Assembly: GCA_051294905.1 (NCBI GenBank)
Contig: CM119380.1
Coordinates: 2,604,001 to 2,668,000, forward strand
Direction: 5' to 3'
DNA: 64,000 nucleotides
Source: Botryllus schlosseri
Lineage: Eukaryota
Shown here: in pieces, positions 24,039-36,870 of the stretch
Layout of the letters: every line of letters begins with the position of its first letter
How positions within the stretch are numbered: the stretch's first letter is position 1
Program-made: the position numbers and the translations under genes
The notes under the pieces: generated by a model
Databases searched by the model: none
What the model was told of the DNA's origin: nothing
What the model saw: the letters and a program-made list of their open reading frames with translations, nothing else

Positions 24039-24566
24039 ATGGCCGAAGAATCATTGTGGGAGGATTGGGAATCCATCACCGAGGAGGAAATTTCCCAATG
24101 CTTTGAAGGATTGGATGAGTGGAGTGGAATAAGTTGTGACGTCTGTGAAGCCATATTTCCCACTGTAAGGGAACTCAAGAAGCACGGGAAAGTGCATAAG
24201 CTCCCGTCACCAACTGAGCAAATTGACATCGACCGAGTAATCAACATTTTGAAGATTGCTTGCCGTAATTGTCATTCTATTTCCAGGTGTGGACCACGAT
24301 TTGAGGAATTGGATTTAAATCTTATTGTTCCACTTGTCAAACGCTTGAATGCTGCGTTCTGTGACGTTGGTACTGATGGTATTTATCAATACTACTCCAA
24401 CATTTGCCAGCAGGGAAGCAAACTTCTTGGACTGCAGCATCAGCTTCTTGCTGCATCTTTGCTCGTGAAGATTGTTGATGCACTTGTTCAAGCTGAGGAA
24501 AAAGTTTCCACTGCAAGAATGTCTGGTATCAATAGGAGGGAATGGTATAATATGCAATTCTGTTGA
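24039..24566 (+). CDS. 175-aa protein: acidic N-terminus, one C2H2 finger, helical remainder; probably a truncated transposon accessory protein
   Basis: ATG-started ORF; CDVCEAIFPTVRELKKHGKVH; lies inside the TTAA element. Confidence 0.6.
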   Translation: MAEESLWEDWESITEEEISQCFEGLDEWSGISCDVCEAIFPTVRELKKHGKVHKLPSPTEQIDIDRVINILKIACRNCHSISRCGPRFEELDLNLIVPLVKRLNAAFCDVGTDGIYQYYSNICQQGSKLLGLQHQLLAASLLVKIVDALVQAEEKVSTARMSGINRREWYNMQFC

Positions 24567-24604
24567 ATGTGTGGTGTTAATAATGAAATTTAACAGCATA
24601 CCAA

Positions 24605-25100
24605 TCAATATTCTAGTTCCGTGTGCCGACCTTCTATATGAATAAATATATCAATTGGAATCGTTTGGTGCATTGGTTTCTTGATCTGAGTGAGAGATAC
24701 CCCGCATACCTTTATGATTGTGCTACATCTTTCAGGCAAATTTAGCTTAGGCAGAGCTCCCACTTTGAGTTGCTTTCTGGTTTTGAGCTGAATGATATTG
24801 CTCTCCTCAAAATGATTTTCGCACATTGCGGCTCTATTATAAATTAAACTGTTAATTCTGTTGAAGTTGAGACAGCTGCTTTATTTACGTCTCCTTATGG
24901 AGCAACGTCTTGATACGATCTCCTTTTGAGGGGTCCCTGGTGGAAAGAAGGAGGCTGGCCATTGCTGCGTGCTGCTTCTGGGCCGCTTCATTCCTTAATA
25001 GCTCTGGTCTTCGTACCGTGAATAAGGATCTCTTACAAGATTGGTCACTACGCGGATTGTTCACATAGGTACATCCAGGGATGGCGCAGTTGTTGACCAT
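24605..25100 (-). CDS. Spliced THAP-domain gene (short or truncated)
   Basis: Exon 25100-24889 (MVNNCAIPGC...HKE), phase-2 GT-AG intron 24888-24834 (55 bp), then in-frame AAMCENHFEE...GALPKLNLP, completing the C2CH and AVP-like box. Confidence 0.75.
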
Positions 25101-25780
25101 AATTGCCGTGGCGGTTCTATTATTTTTACTGCTAAAGACGCGAAATGTGCAACTGGATATAAGACAATGCGATTTAGCCTAGTGAACAGAAAAGAAACAA
25201 GTACAGTCTTCCAATGTAACATAGGCCTAATGCCCGATGAAACAGTGTACGATATTGATCTTTTGAATGTATTGATAATCTTTTCGTCGCTATTTTTCAT
25301 CCGCTTTACGTGTAGGCTATTCGTTTTTTCATCGGTTGCTTATGCACAGAAAATAGTTTGGTATCGGTATCAGCGGCTTTCAACGGCCACTCAATTATTA
25401 CCGCATAAAGCCTTATCAATTATAGCATTGTCTACGTGTTTACGGGATTCGGCCGCGGAGAACTTGTCACTGATTAAGGCATTGCGGGAAATTAATTTTA
25501 AACGTGTTCTGGGTGGAGGACAGTTGTGAAATTTTTTTAGTGAGAACATATTGATGCTTCCTCGTAACATGCGAAATTTGAACCGTCTAGCCAGAATATT
25601 TCCACCCTTTTTCGGCACTCAAATTCGTCCATGCATTTCCGAAATCGCCTATACTTTTACATGTAAAATAGGACAATCGGACTTTCGCGAATGGAATTTT
25701 ACTACGCAAAGTCAAGCGTGACGGATCTAAACTTAGAACAATGGGTCGTCGCTCCATCCTACAGTCTCTATAGTTTAACC

Positions 25781-26981
25781 CAGTGTTGCCAATTTAGCGA
25801 TTTTCGCGCTAGATCTAGCGATTTTTCATCTGGTTTAGCGCCAAAAAATATGGATCTAGCGCTTAGCGATAAATCTAGCGATTTTTGAAAAAGTATTTGG
25901 CGATTTTTTAGCGCTTTTTTACCGAAAATAACCAATAAAGATCAGTTTTGGCTGACATAACTTCAAGTTGTGGAGCATTTCTTGCTCCATAAAAATACTT
26001 TCGGACGATTTGTCATAGTTGAGTGACTTTGGATAGTAGAGATACGCAACTCCTGGCGGTTACGCATGGGCAAACAGTGTATCTCTTCTTGCTGAGTAGC
26101 ATAATTGGCAGTGAAATTTAATATAATTGACCACGATCGAAAGATAGTTTTTCGCAGTGATTTCGAAAATACAAAATAAAGTCTTGTCCGGACAATGGAA
26201 CCATGCACCCCGAAACAGCCTTCAAAGTTTGAAAACCGGCGTTGCTCCAACAATGGCACCGCTGCAACACAATGAACATAACAATGACCAATTTCGTCCA
26301 GCGATTGTTCTGATTAATGCCGATTTTCAGGTCGTTCCATTGTCTTGACATGAATTTAATTCGTATTGTTGGAATCAGTGTGACACGAGCTTTCGTTTAG
26401 GACCAGAGTAATTACATTTCATACCCCGGGTTGGTCCTCAGATTTTTTTCATAATGTCTCTATACTTATAGTGGCTGGCAAACCCGGTTCATGTCGTGTT
26501 GTGTCGGGTCAAGTCGCATGTCGTGTGCACGTGTGTCAAGTCGCATGTCGTGTTCAAGTACTCCAACACAGTTTAGAAAAGAAGTCAAGAGCATTTCCGC
26601 GGTACATCGCATCACGTATTTACGAGCAAGGCGCGCGCTTATATAGTGAGCGGGTATGCCTGCACACCTGGTCATCAGTCACGTATAGCGATCATTGCGC
26701 AAAGCGATCTGCTTTATCGAAATGCACTGCACGTTTTGTCCCGCTTAGAGATGACTATTATTACTTATTTTGAACTAGAAATATGTTAAGTGACTTTGGT
26801 CCTAGACGAGTGAAATATAGCTGAGAAGAATGCATTGAAATAATGGTTCAATTTAACACCTTTAGCAATTAATGTAGATTTAGCGCTATTTTTTAGCGCT
26901 TTTTTTTCAATATTTAGCGATATCTAGCGATTTTTGACATCAGTTTTAGCGATTTTCTTCCATCCGGAGTTGGCAACACTG
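25781..26981. mobile_element. hAT-type non-autonomous element
   Basis: TIR CAGTGTTGCCAA / TTGGCAACACTG; perfect TSD GTTTAACC; TAGCGA subterminal repeats. Confidence 0.9.
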
Positions 26982-29359
26982 GTTTAACCCCGTCATATTC
27001 TTGCAACAAAGAAATTATGGAAAGAAGATGTCAGAGGAATGCTATAAACCTACTAAGTGTCTGGAATCGTTAAGTGGAAATGTATTGTGTCGGCCAGTAT
27101 TGTAAGAGTGTAACTAACCGTTTCTTCTTGTACTTATATTGTTTTCACTCGAGTACATGTAGAAACAATTATGCCTTGAAAAACTTATGAAGTATAAGTG
27201 TACTAGTCTGAAATAAATCCACTTCACTGATTGAAAAAGTAGGGGCTTTACTTACTGAAAATGGAGTCTATGACCACTGACCAGCCTACTTCAGAACGGT
27301 TACGTGGCTAACCAGCTTTTTATGGAAAAGGTATACTCTTAGTTTTGAAAATGAAATTCTGTTTGTTTAGTCGTATAAGTCATTTTATTTACTGAATGGG
27401 GAGTGTCAGATATCCCTGACTGAACACCTCTGGTAGTCATTACTAGCACTACATCGATTTAGGCTTTATCTTCGAAAACTAGGCTTTATCTTCGAAAACA
27501 AGTTTTCAAGGAAGAACAAAAGGTGGTACACGGAAGAGATACACGTTCTCAAACTCAAAATCATTCACTGATGAAGCTGTTTGAGCCGGAAAGCCTGCAT
27601 GTCATGTCGGCAGCAAAAGTTAAGAGGATAATATCGATGATCCATTAATATATCGTAATCTGTGTAGTTGTAGGCTTACCTCTCAATATGTTGACTTGTA
27701 GGCATACCTCTCAATATGTTGACATCTCAGTAGAGATGAAAAGGTACCGCTATCACCATAACAGTTTGAATGTTAGGTACTGTGTAATATTATGGCTGTT
27801 CAAAACAACCCTTATCAGATTTCATATGCATTTTTGTAGGATGCAGTTGGCAATCCTTCATTCTAATGAATCATTAAGATACAACATTTGGTACACTGCC
27901 TTCAATCTGACAACATTTGGTATACTGGCTTCAATCTGACTGTTACCAAAACTTTGTAATATACTTTTACCTGTTCTAGATTACTTCAATGAAAAAGTTG
28001 AAGCACTCATCAAAACAAGATCAGGGACGGCGGAGTTGCCCAATTCTATTAAGATTGTTCATCCTCATGCGACTACTGACGTCTTCAAAATTAGCTGGGA
28101 CAAAGCTATTGCCAAACACAAGACCTGATATATATTTCTCTCCCTGACACAGTAGTCAGTAGTGGTCCTGATGGATTAGTTATGTTGCATGTATTATTTT
28201 CAATAAAACTATTCATTCACAAGGAAGCATTGCAAAATTGAAATCTCTTCATCAAAGTATTGGATGAGAATTTTGATCAGATGGCGGTAACAACGCGCGC
28301 AGTAAGGATTCTTCGTTTCGTTGTTTTTACGTGGGATCCACAAGGCCAGCGAACAAAATTTCTCTACGCAGTGTTTCGCAGCTTCCTGAAAAGTGTAATT
28401 GTTGCGTTAGGAAATTATTTGGCAGCTCACTCGACGTTTCATTTGAATTAAACTCATTTACTCATGCATCGAATGAGGTGTAATAATTCTGTGGCCATAT
28501 TCCTGTTGATATCCACAGTAAGTCATGTCCAATGCATCAACATCAGGACACACTGATTGAAATGCTGTGATGCATTCTTCTGTCACTTACTCGGGGGGAC
28601 CTTCTTGCTGCATAAACTCTCCCTAATATTTATCATAAGCTGACAACCTCCATAGTCCATACTGACACCTGTAATTGATAATACCAAGATTCCTAACTGT
28701 AAAGAGGTGATGCACTAACTCACAAATACCACTATAGACAAGCGGCTTACGTTGAACAAGCTATAGGCTGATCATACTATTGATTACTAACCTTCTTCGG
28801 TTAGTAATGTATAATCACACGCAAAAGACCTATCGTTATACGAAGCTGCTAGGGGTTCCACTGATGTTAGATGGAGCGAATCAACACCAGAAACGCGTCT
28901 GCATTTCCACATTATTTTCGTAGGTAAGTGCAAAAGGTATACTTACATTCGACATCTGAGAACTCAGACTCATTTTCAATATCCCTTGACGAATCCGTTA
29001 CAAGCAAAACCTCCGCCATCAACTAAAATAATCGCCCTGCGATTGGGAGTACACAAACATCTGCGGTGGTGAGAAGAGATGTCATGTACCTGACGTCACA
29101 ATGCACATTCTGCTTTTTCGATAAACAACCCAATATTGAGACTTTCAGTCCAAATTACGGCCATTTCCGATTAGTTTGAAATACGTAAAGTCGGCAATTT
29201 CGGTATAAAAAATAATTCTGAACATGATTCCGCAAAGTTGTCTATGAAGATGCAGTTGACCTTTAAGCAAAAATGCAATTAGTGCAATACAAATAAGCTA
29301 TAATATATAGCCAGACACGCAACACTAATGAAATACACGGAGAGAATAGAGTCGGTCCA

Positions 29360-29645
29360 TATCTGCAGCAAAACCATTTTGCTGATTTATACTCCAATAG
29401 CCCGTGCCTGTTGAGCCACATTCCCGGCAAGTCACTATATTTTTTATCATACTATCAAAAAAAAACGCATGACTTGTCAGTAAAAAAGTCTCATCCGAGC
29501 CCCGACTTGCACTGGCATGTGAACCTGATGAAAGTTCCAATCTTTTTCTCAAAGGATCTTTTCGACTTCGAGGCTTTTTTTTGTCGTATTATTTTTTTCC
29601 TTCTGCCAAATGCCTGCCGTGTCGACATCTTCACTCCCACCATCA
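29360..29645 (-). pseudogene. Second Kolobok-type transposase copy, N-terminal part
   Basis: KRLELSSG...ETFLLTSHAFFFDSMIKNIVTCRECGSTGTGYW...GFA aligns to the N-terminus of ORF 8507-10285. Confidence 0.8.
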
Positions 29646-29869
29646 CTAAATAACTATTCCGAATCTCACAATTATATTCTTGGGAACAATTAAAAGTTCA
29701 AATATCACACTCTCATAAAATAGTTCGCTACTGGCACTGATCTGAACTAACACAAACACGTGTATTTCCAGATATTTAGACAAAAGTCAATAGCAACATT
29801 AGCACGACAGAACAGGAGGGAGTATGGTCGGATTGAAACACTTCTGGTAATTTACTCACTTCAAAATTC

Positions 29870-30519
29870 TACCCGACTACAGATCTAATTTTGTATATCC
29901 TTTTCTTCATGTGAAAAGATAGATTCATGGCCTTTCTTGGGTCGTTGTTGCATTTCAGAACACAACAATCATAGTGTGATCTTCCTGTCACAGTCCACGA
30001 TCCCGCATCTGCATTCATGTCTGTTATCTCACAGGCAATACAGTATAATAATATATAGTTTATCGTAAAAGTTATTTGCAAGAAATCAACCTGTCCATAG
30101 TGTCCATATCAAACATAAAACTGTATTACAGGAATATATTCACTGGAATATATTCACTAACTTAAATTACATAAATATATCCGTTATGAACAGCCATTTT
30201 ACAAATATATATGCACCATTATCTTTGATATGCCATGATGTTCTCGACTTCTCGCGAGTTGTCACAAACAAGTACCGAAAAACTTCGAAAAACGGCTGGA
30301 ATCGGCTGTTTTGCGCTAAAAAAGATTCCAAGCTAATAATAAACATGCTATTCATCTTAATTTAGCATCGATACCCTGAACTGCATCATATCGACAACCC
30401 ACGGAGATAAACAGCGAAACCAACTCCAAAACTGCCATCTGCGCGCACGAAGCAAGATTCACCGACCGCCATCCCTTGACCATAATGGAGGCACTCGTGA
30501 GCAAAAATGAAAATCGTGC
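29870..30519 (-). mobile_element. Second copy of the ISL2EU-like family: THAP remnant and right terminus
   Basis: GRSHYDCCVLKCNNDPRKAMNLSFH matches the 12.4-12.6 kb THAP; terminus AGCAAAAATGAAAATCGTGC|AT matches 13161-13182. Confidence 0.65.
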
Positions 30520-30569
30520 ATTGCCTGACCATGACCATTGACAATCCCAATATTTTGAAAGCTACGCTT

Positions 30570-33500
30570 CAACGATTACAGATAAGGCTCCTTTTATTAC
30601 TGTTCCAATTAGTATGACAGGGTCTTGAGTGGCTATTTTAGGCGAGTATTCAAACATATCTAGGGGGTGGTAATTTTTATTATAAATGGATGGTTTCAAA
30701 CGTCATTTTCGCATACTTCCAGCTTGAAGTCAGTAAAAATGAATACAGGTACGGAAAGAGCTAGTCTCATACTTCACATTTCCGTGATTGGATGCGTCCA
30801 GGGGGTCCTCCTACAGCATTAAACGCGCCATTTGTCGGGGTGTTTTGGTGGGTTGATGCCATCTATAACAAACTATTGAACCGGGAGCTACTTATCTGGC
30901 CGTATCGTAATTGTCGACGACTCCAACGGTTTTTCTCCTACTAAGGCTGTGATCAGCTCACGGAATCTGCACGCATTTTGTTTGCAGCCGACAGAGCTTT
31001 CGTAATTTCTAACATGTAGCTGAAGATTTTCCGATATCAAATATTGAATTACTATCAACATCTTCTATGCATGTTACAGATGTTGTCGTTGTATTGTCTG
31101 GTCGATAAAGTATCAACATCAAGGTCATTTAGTATAACGGTTATCGTACCAGCTGTATCACCACACGTCGTCACACATCAGCCAGTCCACGCCGCCTCGT
31201 TGAGCTTTTCCGGTCCCAGTTTATCTCAGAATGAGTTTTCATATTACTCAGTAGTATAGTAGTTCAAATAATCGACTCTTCTCCATTCATAGCTACGTTA
31301 AATTGTGGTATGTGATAGCTACTTGCATTGCATTGTCGTTGTTTGTGGCCTTTATGCTGTGTTCGAATGCAATAGCTATAAAACTATAACATAGCCTGCG
31401 TTATCGTTGTTTGTGGTCGTTATAGTGTTTTCAACTGCAATAGTTATTTACACCAGGTCAATATTCTGTTTTGATTGTAAGCTGCCGAAGGCAGCAAAGC
31501 GGTGAAAGCTTTAAAAATGCGCCCGCAAGGTTGCAGTCTAGGGCTTCCGCGAATGGATCCACCAGATTCCTTGTCTGGCTTTAAAGTGAATGTCGCACAA
31601 CAATTTTATAAACAAGACGTTCTGGTGTTTAACGATAGGATCTTCCTCGGTAAGATGTCATAGGCGGGCTTGACTCTTCCGACAAGAATTCGAAAACTGG
31701 ATGTTTGGGTGGATATCATGTAACATAAAATCTGGAAATATATCCGATAGAATGTTTTAACAATAATGAAGTACATTACAATATAGCCTCTACCGAATGT
31801 AATTAGAAGAATAATCACGTAACATAAAATCTGGAGGCGTTGAGCCGATCGAATGTAAGAGTCACGAAGCAAATTATGATATATTCTGGATGTGATTGAA
31901 GGAATAATAATACTATGAACGTAACAGTTAAACGAAGAAAAGTAATATAGCACTATGGATATGACTCAGTAAGCAATTCTACCATAGCACCTCACGTCGT
32001 CAGGGGTAGTGAAGGTGTGTGTAGGGCGTTAGCCTCTCCTTTTCTGCAGCGTCTCCTGTTCCGACCACAATTTCCGATTTGCTGCTAGAGAGATAGTCAT
32101 CAAGCGATTTTACCAACTGCTCGTTTGTAGTTTTCTGTCAAGCTTTGAGCAACGCCGAATATGAATATTGCATCTGTCAAAGAAAAATGCAAAGGTGTGG
32201 GGATCGAAAACACATTAACCAGGCAACCTAAAACTACACTCATTCATGCGACAGACTGCCGTAATTGGTCATTTTCATGCAGAATCGATTGGAATTTGGC
32301 GGTGAGACTAAACGGAACGAGTAACAAAAATGGATTATGGATTAAGTCCCTAAAATTTTCTAAGTTATCCAAGTATTTAGTACGACATACATAACACGAC
32401 TCTGGGTATATTGCGAATGAGGTTTGGATATGGTCGAATTAAATATATTGGAGATTGGGAGCGAAACGGGTTTTAGGAAAGGTAAGTTATGTACTGCACG
32501 GGTGATTTCATTTTTTAATTTATCTGGAGATCGAAATTATTGGTTGGGTATAAAGGAGGGGCGTAAACCTAAGATATCAGACAGAGTGGAATCAGGAGTG
32601 TATGTTGTGAAATTGTGAAAAGCAGTGCGAGGTTTATCGAATTTTTCCGTGGTATTATGGTGTGTGGTAGTGAGGAGGTCATGTATGTCTTGGTAGTAGA
32701 GGGTAATTTATTTAGTTGATTTGCTGGACAATTTTGGGTTCTTATATTTTAAATTTAGTATGGTGTCGTGTTTTTCACGAGCCAAATTCAAGTTTTGGTT
32801 AGGTTTGTAATATAGAGTAAACGTGATGGGTTGGAGATTTCGAAGGAGTTTTGTTGGTGGGCTGTGGTAATGTCGGTATCGGAATAGGTAAGAAGCAGTG
32901 AAATGAAATTAATATAAGTGGGTATGGATAGTTCCGAATAGCTTCTTGATAGTTTTCTTTTCCAAGTTGAGAGTAGAAGACGAAATAGCTTTAGCTTGCG
33001 ATCACTCTAATGTGAGGGTGGATGTGGGAGGGTCAGGATCGGCTGGGTTTACCAGTGAGAAGGGGAGTGGTGTCGGTTTGGCAAGGGTGTTTGGTTGGCT
33101 AGGGCGCACGGTGGCGGAGGCTTCAGAAGTGAGGGTTTTGTAGGGCAAGGGTGATGGTGGGAGAATCGGTATGGTTGTCAAATATATAACTTTGTGTGTT
33201 GGTGCCCGTAAATTAAAAAAAATTGTTCTTGTTTTCAGAATATCAGCAGTTGCTTGTATCAGGAAGTGGTGCGCGTGAAAGTCATCTTCTTCGATCTTTT
33301 TCGAGTATTCGTTCCGTTGATTGTGTTCAAAAAATTCTTTCAGATTGCCCCAGGTCTCATAAATTTCTTTGCTTGCGTATTTCTATTTGTACGAATTGTA
33401 GTTGATCAACAACAGCGTTAAAACATGCTCCGTCTCTTGGCGCAAGCATATTTCTATTTGTACGAATTGTAGTTGATCAACAACAGCGTTAAAACATGCT

Positions 33501-33830
33501 CCGTCTCTTGGCGCGAAGTGAGTTAAGAACGTGTCTTGTTCCAGATAAAGCTCCTGTCCATTGCTGTGAATAATCTGTAGTATGAATAAGGTTTCAGCGT
33601 TTTTTATTCAGTCGTTCTTCGCGCCAATATAATAGTTATCATGCATTGTCGTAAGGAATTTTGTGGTGAGGGTAGAGATATAATTGTAGATGAGTAGTTT
33701 ACTGGAATGCATGCAGAACGTGCAAGAAGAATAACTTCTTTTATGAGGAAGGTAGCAGGACAATAGTAGGAACTTGACAGACAAGATTTTGTATGTTATC
33801 CGTTGGGCTAGTTAGTTAGCCAAGCTAAGA
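30570..33830 (-). mobile_element. Highly decayed retroelement, probably Penelope-like (PLE)
   Basis: FHNFTTYTPDSTLSDILGLRPSFIP (32545-32620) resembles the PLE pre-RT motif; compositionally skewed ORF-like tract with many stops. No clear catalytic DD found; boundaries approximate. Confidence 0.4.
33378..33514. repeat. 71-bp tandem duplication
   Basis: TATTTCTATTTGTACG...TCTCTTGGCGC starts at 33378 and 33449. Confidence 0.85.
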
Positions 33831-34306
33831 ATTGCACAGACTTCTGGGGCTTTTGTACGACACCTCTACTCGGAACCGATGAGGAATCGCATCAGTGGTG
33901 GCGCTAGGCGAAACTTCCGGGGGGGCATTTATCCATAAACGCAGCTTCTTGGGTTTTATATATCTTGCATGTGAACCGACTCGGTCAAAATTTTGGGAAT
34001 GTTTATGCTGTATGTAACTGTTTACTATAATTACTGTTTACTATACAGTCAATCAAAGTCAACAGCCAACTATGTCATTCAAGATGTGATTTTCATGCGT
34101 GAAAGTTGTCACAAATAGATTGGCAATGGAAACTCAAAAGGAAAAACTTCATACTTTATGAAGTAAACGTTGACAGGATTGCAATGATTCGAGTCGTGAT
34201 ATTTTGGTGACTCGACTTAGCTCAGATCAAAATATAAAAATAGGATTGACATTTTACTCAATTACAACCCTGAATGAGGACCAAGAGCTAATCGATCACT
34301 AAGGTG

Positions 34307-34720
34307 CAGAGATGAGCATGGACTAGGATTAGGTTTTGAAAAAACAGGATTTGTGAAATTTAGTCGGATTTGGATTGGATTAGACATTTTTTTCAGAACG
34401 GATTAGGATTTGGATTGGATTTATGTATTTTCTGGGAGATTGAAATGACGTGTCGCAAATGGCGACAAACTTTATTCAGACCAGTTATTAATGTACTTAT
34501 AGTTACTAGGTTATCCTGAATCAAGTGAATCGTTGGTTGTGAAAGAAAATTTTCGAATCCCTCCATTGCATAAATTAGTTTTTTTCTGAATTTCCAGTTG
34601 GAATCGGATTAGGATTGGACATGAACTTGAATATGAAAAAGTTATGGATTTGGATTTGGATTTGAAGGTTCGGATTTGGATTGGATTAGGACATAGAAAT
34701 TTCAAATCCGCTCATCTCTG
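34307..34720. mobile_element. hAT-type MITE with GGATT repeats
   Basis: TIR CAGAGATGAGC / GCTCATCTCTG; perfect TSD CTAAGGTG. Confidence 0.9.
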
Positions 34721-35396
34721 CTAAGGTGACCACTGACCAAACAATGAATTTGGAATGAAGACGGAAGTAACGTAAATCAATACAAAAATAACATTAAGAC
34801 GTCAGTAACGCAAATCAATCCAGAATTATGATACGAGAGCCTTCCGTATCGTCGAAATATGATAAGATAAACACTACGACAGGAAGTTCCAAGTAAATAA
34901 ATTTGATCGATAATTAAATATTATTTCTTTTTCATCATTGGGGTGGAGATTGAGTTTGCATATTAGTGATATTGTTCGAGGTAACCAAGAGTAGATGAAG
35001 GATATGTACCAACTGATATCAAATTTGAATGGCCAATTTCGAAACATATCCGACTTGCTACGTAGTTAATAATGAATATGAAATATGTTGATACTGTACG
35101 CCACCAGTCGATTGAATCATGAGGAAGAAGTAAATGTTACAAAAACTTGGTGAAGATGTGACTAAGTGAATTTTCAACACACATAGTCATATAATTCGTA
35201 TCTAAACGTCGTTGGATTGCTATTACATTATTCCCGACATTTAGGGGCCGGTTCCGTATCGCATTAGAAAACAGATTCGCGCAATTCAGTAGGGCAAAGG
35301 TTGAATACAGCGGCCTTCCATTTTGCTTGAAAATTTCTCTCTACTGTTCGTGGTAGAAATATGCTCGCTTCGTTAGGTGAAATACAAAAAGACTTT

Positions 35397-35460
35397 GTTT
35401 CTTCAACGTTGTGGTTGTTGTTTCTTCAACGTTGTGGTTGTTTTTTCAACGTTGTGGTTG
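35397..35460. repeat. ~20-bp tandem repeat x3
   Basis: TTCAACGTTGTGGTTG three times. Confidence 0.7.
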
Positions 35461-36159
35461 ACGGCCAGTGTTCCATGCTGTTGTTTTTCTATTTCTATAG
35501 TGCATATTTTTGCCTTGCTGTTATGTTGTTCGCCGCCAAATGTGTCATTCCTTCCACATTAATTACTTCATAATCCGGTTCTGATGTTTCCTTATCATTT
35601 GGATTGCTTGGATATTTTTCATCGTATTTGTTAGGCGCGTTCAAGACTCCAATCGTGTCTTTAAACCCCTTGCATTCGGAATCGCGGGATTTTTTGTCTA
35701 GCTTGGGCATTACGTTATGGTATTTCAATACGTTACTTTAACCAGTAAAATCTGTTGAAACAAAGGGTATTGTAACCATACAATGACTTGACATAAAATT
35801 GAAGTATTGCATTACGTATTATATTAGTCTCTTCAAAATTATGTCAAATCTTATTCTAATGAAATGTGTATCTCCAATCATGTATCTCACCCTGATTTTT
35901 CACAGGCTGGTGTCTAACCATTCAAGTTTGATACAAGTGAATGACATTTCAAGTTTTGTTGATCGAAAACAGAAACGCAGTGAATAAACAGGACGCTTGT
36001 TGCTGCTCTCCTTCGTCGCAGAGGCGTCAGGCGAGTCAAGCACACTGCTGCGATCTATTTATGTTAGTGTTTTGCTCGTTGTAGCTCCAAAAATAAAAGA
36101 GGAGTATATATATCCTAGAGCTTCGGAATTTCTCAAATCTGGAGCTTCAGCAATTAAGT

Positions 36160-36520
36160 GATCAGCAACGGAAGACCAACGCCGCAACTAAAAGATTTGC
36201 TTCAAAATATGGGAAAGAAGAAAATGCGCAGTTTTCAATCGGATTGGTATACCCGAAAGCGTGGCTGCGGTTTAAAAAAACTTCTTTACTGCATTCGCTG
36301 CCTTCTGTTCTGCTTTCAACTTGTAACAATGTCTGGACAACCACGGAATATTGTGACTTGAAAAATTTGCCACGAAGTCTTAGCATCAGCATACATGAGA
36401 GATCGACAACTCATATTAAAAGCACGATTTCGGCAAAATATTCGGGTAACTCCAGAATCGATTTGGTTTTGAACGAACAGCGAAGAAAAAATATTTGCAT
36501 TGTATTAGCATCCGCAATGC
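36160..36520 (+). pseudogene. hAT transposase N-terminal TTF-type zinc finger remnant
   Basis: MRSFQSDWY...LLYCIRCLLF, then in another frame VWTTTEYCDLKNL...HERSTTHI. Confidence 0.7.
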
Positions 36521-36699
36521 CACGGTAACGTCACCGGGCCAATCTTGGCGCATAGAATCGTTCTTCGGCGGTAATTGCATTGCAATTCAGTAAAGTCGCA
36601 CCTCAAAATCGGTCCTGTGTATTAGATTCACCATAGTAAAACACAGCTCGCGATTTTCCATCGGTGGATGGCAAGTTTGCTGTGCTGAGCTCGTCCGTT

Positions 36700-36870
36700 G
36701 AAACATGTAGCGTGGATCTTCATATGAACTTTGAGGTTACTCTTGAGAATAAAGGATTTTCCACACACAGCCACATTCATGATTTTTGACGCCAGCATGC
36801 ATCTCCATATGAACCTTCAGCTGACTCTTATAAGTAAACAACTTCCCGCATAAAGCACATTCATGATTTT
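36700..36870 (-). pseudogene. Two tandem classical C2H2 zinc fingers with one frameshift
   Basis: HECALCGKLFTYKSQLKVHMEMHAGVKNHEC-(frameshift)-VCGKSFILKSNLKVHMKIH. Confidence 0.7.

Larger units (their letters stand above)
19539..29262. mobile_element. 9.7-kb TTAA-flanked DNA transposon (Kolobok-like termini) with THAP and C2H2 genes
   Basis: TIR AGGTCAACTGCATCTTCA / TGAAGATGCAGTTGACCT; TTAA at 19535-19538 and 29263-29266. Confidence 0.8.

Noticed and set aside
25963-26351. BED-finger remnant inside the hAT element 25781-26981
   Set aside because: Only a CQLC motif with broken frames; too weak to call.
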